Sequence record: SRR22947727_2831
Reading direction: 5' to 3' (one strand)
DNA length: 64,000 nucleotides
Shown piece after piece: positions 61,395 through 64,000 of this stretch. Below the pieces are notes generated by a model. It saw nothing but the letters and a program-made list of their open reading frames with translations, did not search any database and had not been told where the DNA came from. Position numbers and translations under genes: made by a program. Positions within the stretch are counted from its first letter, which is position 1. The number at the start of each line of letters is the position of its first letter.

Positions 61395-62288
61395 CTAGAA
61401 GCGTGCTTTGTTCTCCAACAGACGTGCTACACGGTCCTTGATGGGCGGGTGGGTTTGGAACATCCGATCGATGACGCCGGGCTGGATGGGGTCTGCCATC
61501 CAGAGGTGAGCCATCGACGCTTGCTGCTTCTTGAGTGGTCGGCCGTATTGACCAAGCTTCTCCAGTGCACTGGCGAGCGCTTCGGGGTGACGGGTCGTCA
61601 GAGCACCGGTTGCGTCCGCCAAGTATTCGCGTTGCCGGGAAATTGCCGCCTGGATGAGGGCCGCCAACAGTGGGGCCAGAATCATCGCGAGAATCCCGAC
61701 GACCAGAATCAGGGGGTGACCACCGCCATTACCGTTGCGCCGCATCCCCCCAAAGAAGGCCATCCGGGCGAGCACATCTGCAAGAAGTCCGATCACGACA
61801 ACCATCCCGAACACAATCGTGGTGACGCGAATATCGAAGTTCTTGACGTGGGCCATTTCGTGGGCCATCACACCCTCGAGTTCCGCGTCATTCATAATCT
61901 CGAGTAGTCCGGTGGTTGCTGCGACCGCTGCGTGCTCAGGATCGCGACCGGTCGCAAAAGCATTGGGGGCGGGGTCCTCGACAATGTAGACCTTCGGCAT
62001 CGGCAATCCGGTCGTAATAGCCAGGTTTTCCACGATGCGATACAACCGGGGGTTGTCCGCCTTGGTCATCTGTTTGGCCCCCGCCATCGACAGGGCCTGC
62101 TTGCCGGCTGAGTAGTACTGGATGGCCACATAGACGAGCGCGCCAATCAGCACACCAAAGAACACGACTCCAGTTCCCCCACCGGAGAGATAGAGGTCAA
62201 AGACGTACCCAAGTCCCGCAACCAGCGCCACAAAGAACGCCATGATGAACCAGGTGTTGCGTTTATTGGCAGCTATCGCCCGATACAC
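61395..62288 (-). CDS. htpX: M48-family membrane zinc protease HtpX
   Basis: PNAFATG, HEMAH, SRQREYLAD and THPP motifs. Confidence 0.93.
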   Translation of the reverse strand: MYRAIAANKRNTWFIMAFFVALVAGLGYVFDLYLSGGGTGVVFFGVLIGALVYVAIQYYSAGKQALSMAGAKQMTKADNPRLYRIVENLAITTGLPMPKVYIVEDPAPNAFATGRDPEHAAVAATTGLLEIMNDAELEGVMAHEMAHVKNFDIRVTTIVFGMVVVIGLLADVLARMAFFGGMRRNGNGGGHPLILVVGILAMILAPLLAALIQAAISRQREYLADATGALTTRHPEALASALEKLGQYGRPLKKQQASMAHLWMADPIQPGVIDRMFQTHPPIKDRVARLLENKARF

Positions 62289-62306
62289 GGCTAGAAAGCC
62301 CCTCGA

Positions 62307-62873
62307 CTAGAACTGAACGCGGGGTGCGTTAGCGATAGCCGAAGCGTCTTCGACCTCAAAGAAGTCGCGCTCGCCAAAGCCCAAGCTCTTCGCAAACAAA
62401 GTGTTGGGGAAAAGCAGGACACGGGTGTTCATTTCGCGAACGCCACCGTTATAGAAGCGTCTCGAGGCTTGAATCTTGTCCTCGGTGTCGACAAGCTCTG
62501 CTTGCAACTGGAGGAAGTTCTGGCTGGCTTGAAGCTGCGGATAGGCCTCTGCGACAGCAAAAATGCTCTTCAGAGCACTCTGCATCATGTTCTCGGCCTC
62601 GGCAGCGGCACCAGGATCACCGGCACTCAGTGTTGCGGCGCGTGCTTTGGTGACGTCTTCAAAAACTTTGCTTTCGTGGGCGGCGTAACCCTTCACCGTC
62701 TCAATGAGGTTCGGGATGAGGTCCGCACGACGCTTGAGCTGGACAGTGATGTCGCTCCACGCTTCGTCGACGCGCACATTCAGGGTGACCAAACCGTTGT
62801 AGGTGACCCAGAGGTAGATTCCGACGATGGCGGCAAGGCCCAGCACAACGCCGATGATGATGAGTGATTCCAT
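62307..62873 (-). CDS. lemA: LemA family protein
   Basis: WSDITVQLKRRADLIPNL, EAYPQL and RRFYN motifs. Confidence 0.95.
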   Translation of the reverse strand: MESLIIIGVVLGLAAIVGIYLWVTYNGLVTLNVRVDEAWSDITVQLKRRADLIPNLIETVKGYAAHESKVFEDVTKARAATLSAGDPGAAAEAENMMQSALKSIFAVAEAYPQLQASQNFLQLQAELVDTEDKIQASRRFYNGGVREMNTRVLLFPNTLFAKSLGFGERDFFEVEDASAIANAPRVQF

Positions 62874-62914
62874 AGCTCCGAGCGTAGAGGGCTTAACTGT
62901 GGAATCGGTGAAGG

Positions 62915-62988
62915 TGCCCCGGCAGGGACTCGAACCCTGACTGGGACGATTTTAAGTCGTCTGCCTCTGCCAATTGGGCTACCGGGGC
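62915..62988 (-). tRNA. tRNA-Leu (TAA)
   Basis: GCCCCGGTAGCCCAATTGGCAGAGGCAGACGACTTAAAATCGTCCCAGTCAGGGTTCGAGTCCCTGCCGGGGCA folds as a cloverleaf with a short variable loop. Confidence 0.95.
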
Positions 62989-63001
62989 GATGGCCCCAAT
63001 A

Positions 63002-64000
63002 CTAGCGAGCGCCGACTTTTTGCTTGGTGGCTTTCTTGGGTGCTACCGCGGGCCTGGAGGCGAACTCCTCAAAGAAGTCGCGCGGACGCTGAACCTTGCG
63101 GACACTGGAGAAGTCGCGTCCCCAGAAGAAGTGCACCAACCAGTTGGAGAAGACTCGAGCTTTCCGCTCCCACATCGGGATCGCGAAGCCGTGGTAGAAC
63201 CGGTGAGCGAACCAGGCGAGCAGACCGGTGAGGGCAAGGTCACCACTCTGGAACACTCCGTGACCAACACCTAGCCCTGCGACAGCGCCCAGGTTCTTGT
63301 GGACGTAATTCTTGGGTTCTTCGCCGCGGATGACAGCCACGATGTTCTTGGCCATGATTTTTCCTTGGCGGACTGCGTGCTGGGCGTTCGGGACACAGTA
63401 ACCGCCGACTCCACCACCGCTGAGGTCGGGAACACGGGCAACATCACCGGCGGTCCACATGCCCTCGAGGATGGTGTCACCATCCTCGACGCGAAGATCG
63501 GCGCGAGCACAGATGCGCTCGCGCTCATCGAGGGGAATACCCGTGCCACCGAGCATGGACTGGGCTTTCACGCCGGCAGTCCAGATCACGATGTCAGTCT
63601 CGAGTGTCATCCCGTTGGAGAGCGCCAACTTGCCATCCACAGCACTGGTGAGCTGGGTGTTCAGGTGAATGAAGGCTTGACGCTTCTCCAAGTTCTTGAT
63701 GACCCACTGGGCGCTCTTCGCCGAGACCTCAGGCATGATGCGATCCATCGCCTCGATGAGGTGGAAGTGTGTGTCGTCGATGCCAATTGTGGGGAATTCC
63801 TTGAGCATCGCGGACACCATGCTGCGCAACTCGGCGAATGCCTCAATACCGGCAAAACCACCACCGACCACCACGATCGTCAACAGTCGGTCACGAGCAG
63901 GTCCAGGAGGCATATCTGCCGCCAGGTGGAGGTTGTCGATAACGCGGTCTCGAACGGAGACCGCCTCTTCGATGGTCTTCATCCCAATGGCGAAGTCGGC
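63002..64000 (-). CDS. Type II NADH dehydrogenase-like FAD-dependent oxidoreductase (5' end outside the window)
   Basis: VVVGGGFAGIE, WTAGV, AGD and PNAQHAVRQG motifs. Confidence 0.88.
   Translation of the reverse strand, partial: ADFAIGMKTIEEAVSVRDRVIDNLHLAADMPPGPARDRLLTIVVVGGGFAGIEAFAELRSMVSAMLKEFPTIGIDDTHFHLIEAMDRIMPEVSAKSAQWVIKNLEKRQAFIHLNTQLTSAVDGKLALSNGMTLETDIVIWTAGVKAQSMLGGTGIPLDERERICARADLRVEDGDTILEGMWTAGDVARVPDLSGGGVGGYCVPNAQHAVRQGKIMAKNIVAVIRGEEPKNYVHKNLGAVAGLGVGHGVFQSGDLALTGLLAWFAHRFYHGFAIPMWERKARVFSNWLVHFFWGRDFSSVRKVQRPRDFFEEFASRPAVAPKKATKQKVGAR

Noticed and set aside
62874-62914. Genomic island or att site at the tRNA 3' ends
   Set aside because: No integrase, no repeated tRNA 3' end seen, and the flanking genes are housekeeping.

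Overview
A gene-dense, high-GC core-chromosome segment from an actinobacterium. Gene content and order point to Microbacteriaceae, probably a streamlined aquatic lineage (inference). It carries about 60 CDSs: rpsP, ffh, ftsY, smc, mutM, rnc, rpmF, coaD, recG, rsmD, thiL, gpsA, murA, leuCD, gltX, typA, gcvTHP, a sugar ABC/GH1 cluster, ychF, rmuC, glpX/fbaA, ispH, xseAB, fumC, a PhoH2-type gene, greA, ilvA and lemA/htpX. There are three tRNAs (Glu-CTC, Gln-CTG, Leu-TAA), a tandem glycine riboswitch and a probable leucine leader peptide. I see no mobile element, prophage or CRISPR array. The most notable item is a three-gene cell-wall module (alpha/beta hydrolase, membrane-anchored MurF-like ligase, atypical Ddl) in the slot where actinobacteria normally have a single ddl. 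Also notable are a 53-aa membrane ORF, missing from the ORF track, that is in frame with ftsY across one amber stop, pervasive leaderless-type promoters, and stop codons shared by convergent genes.
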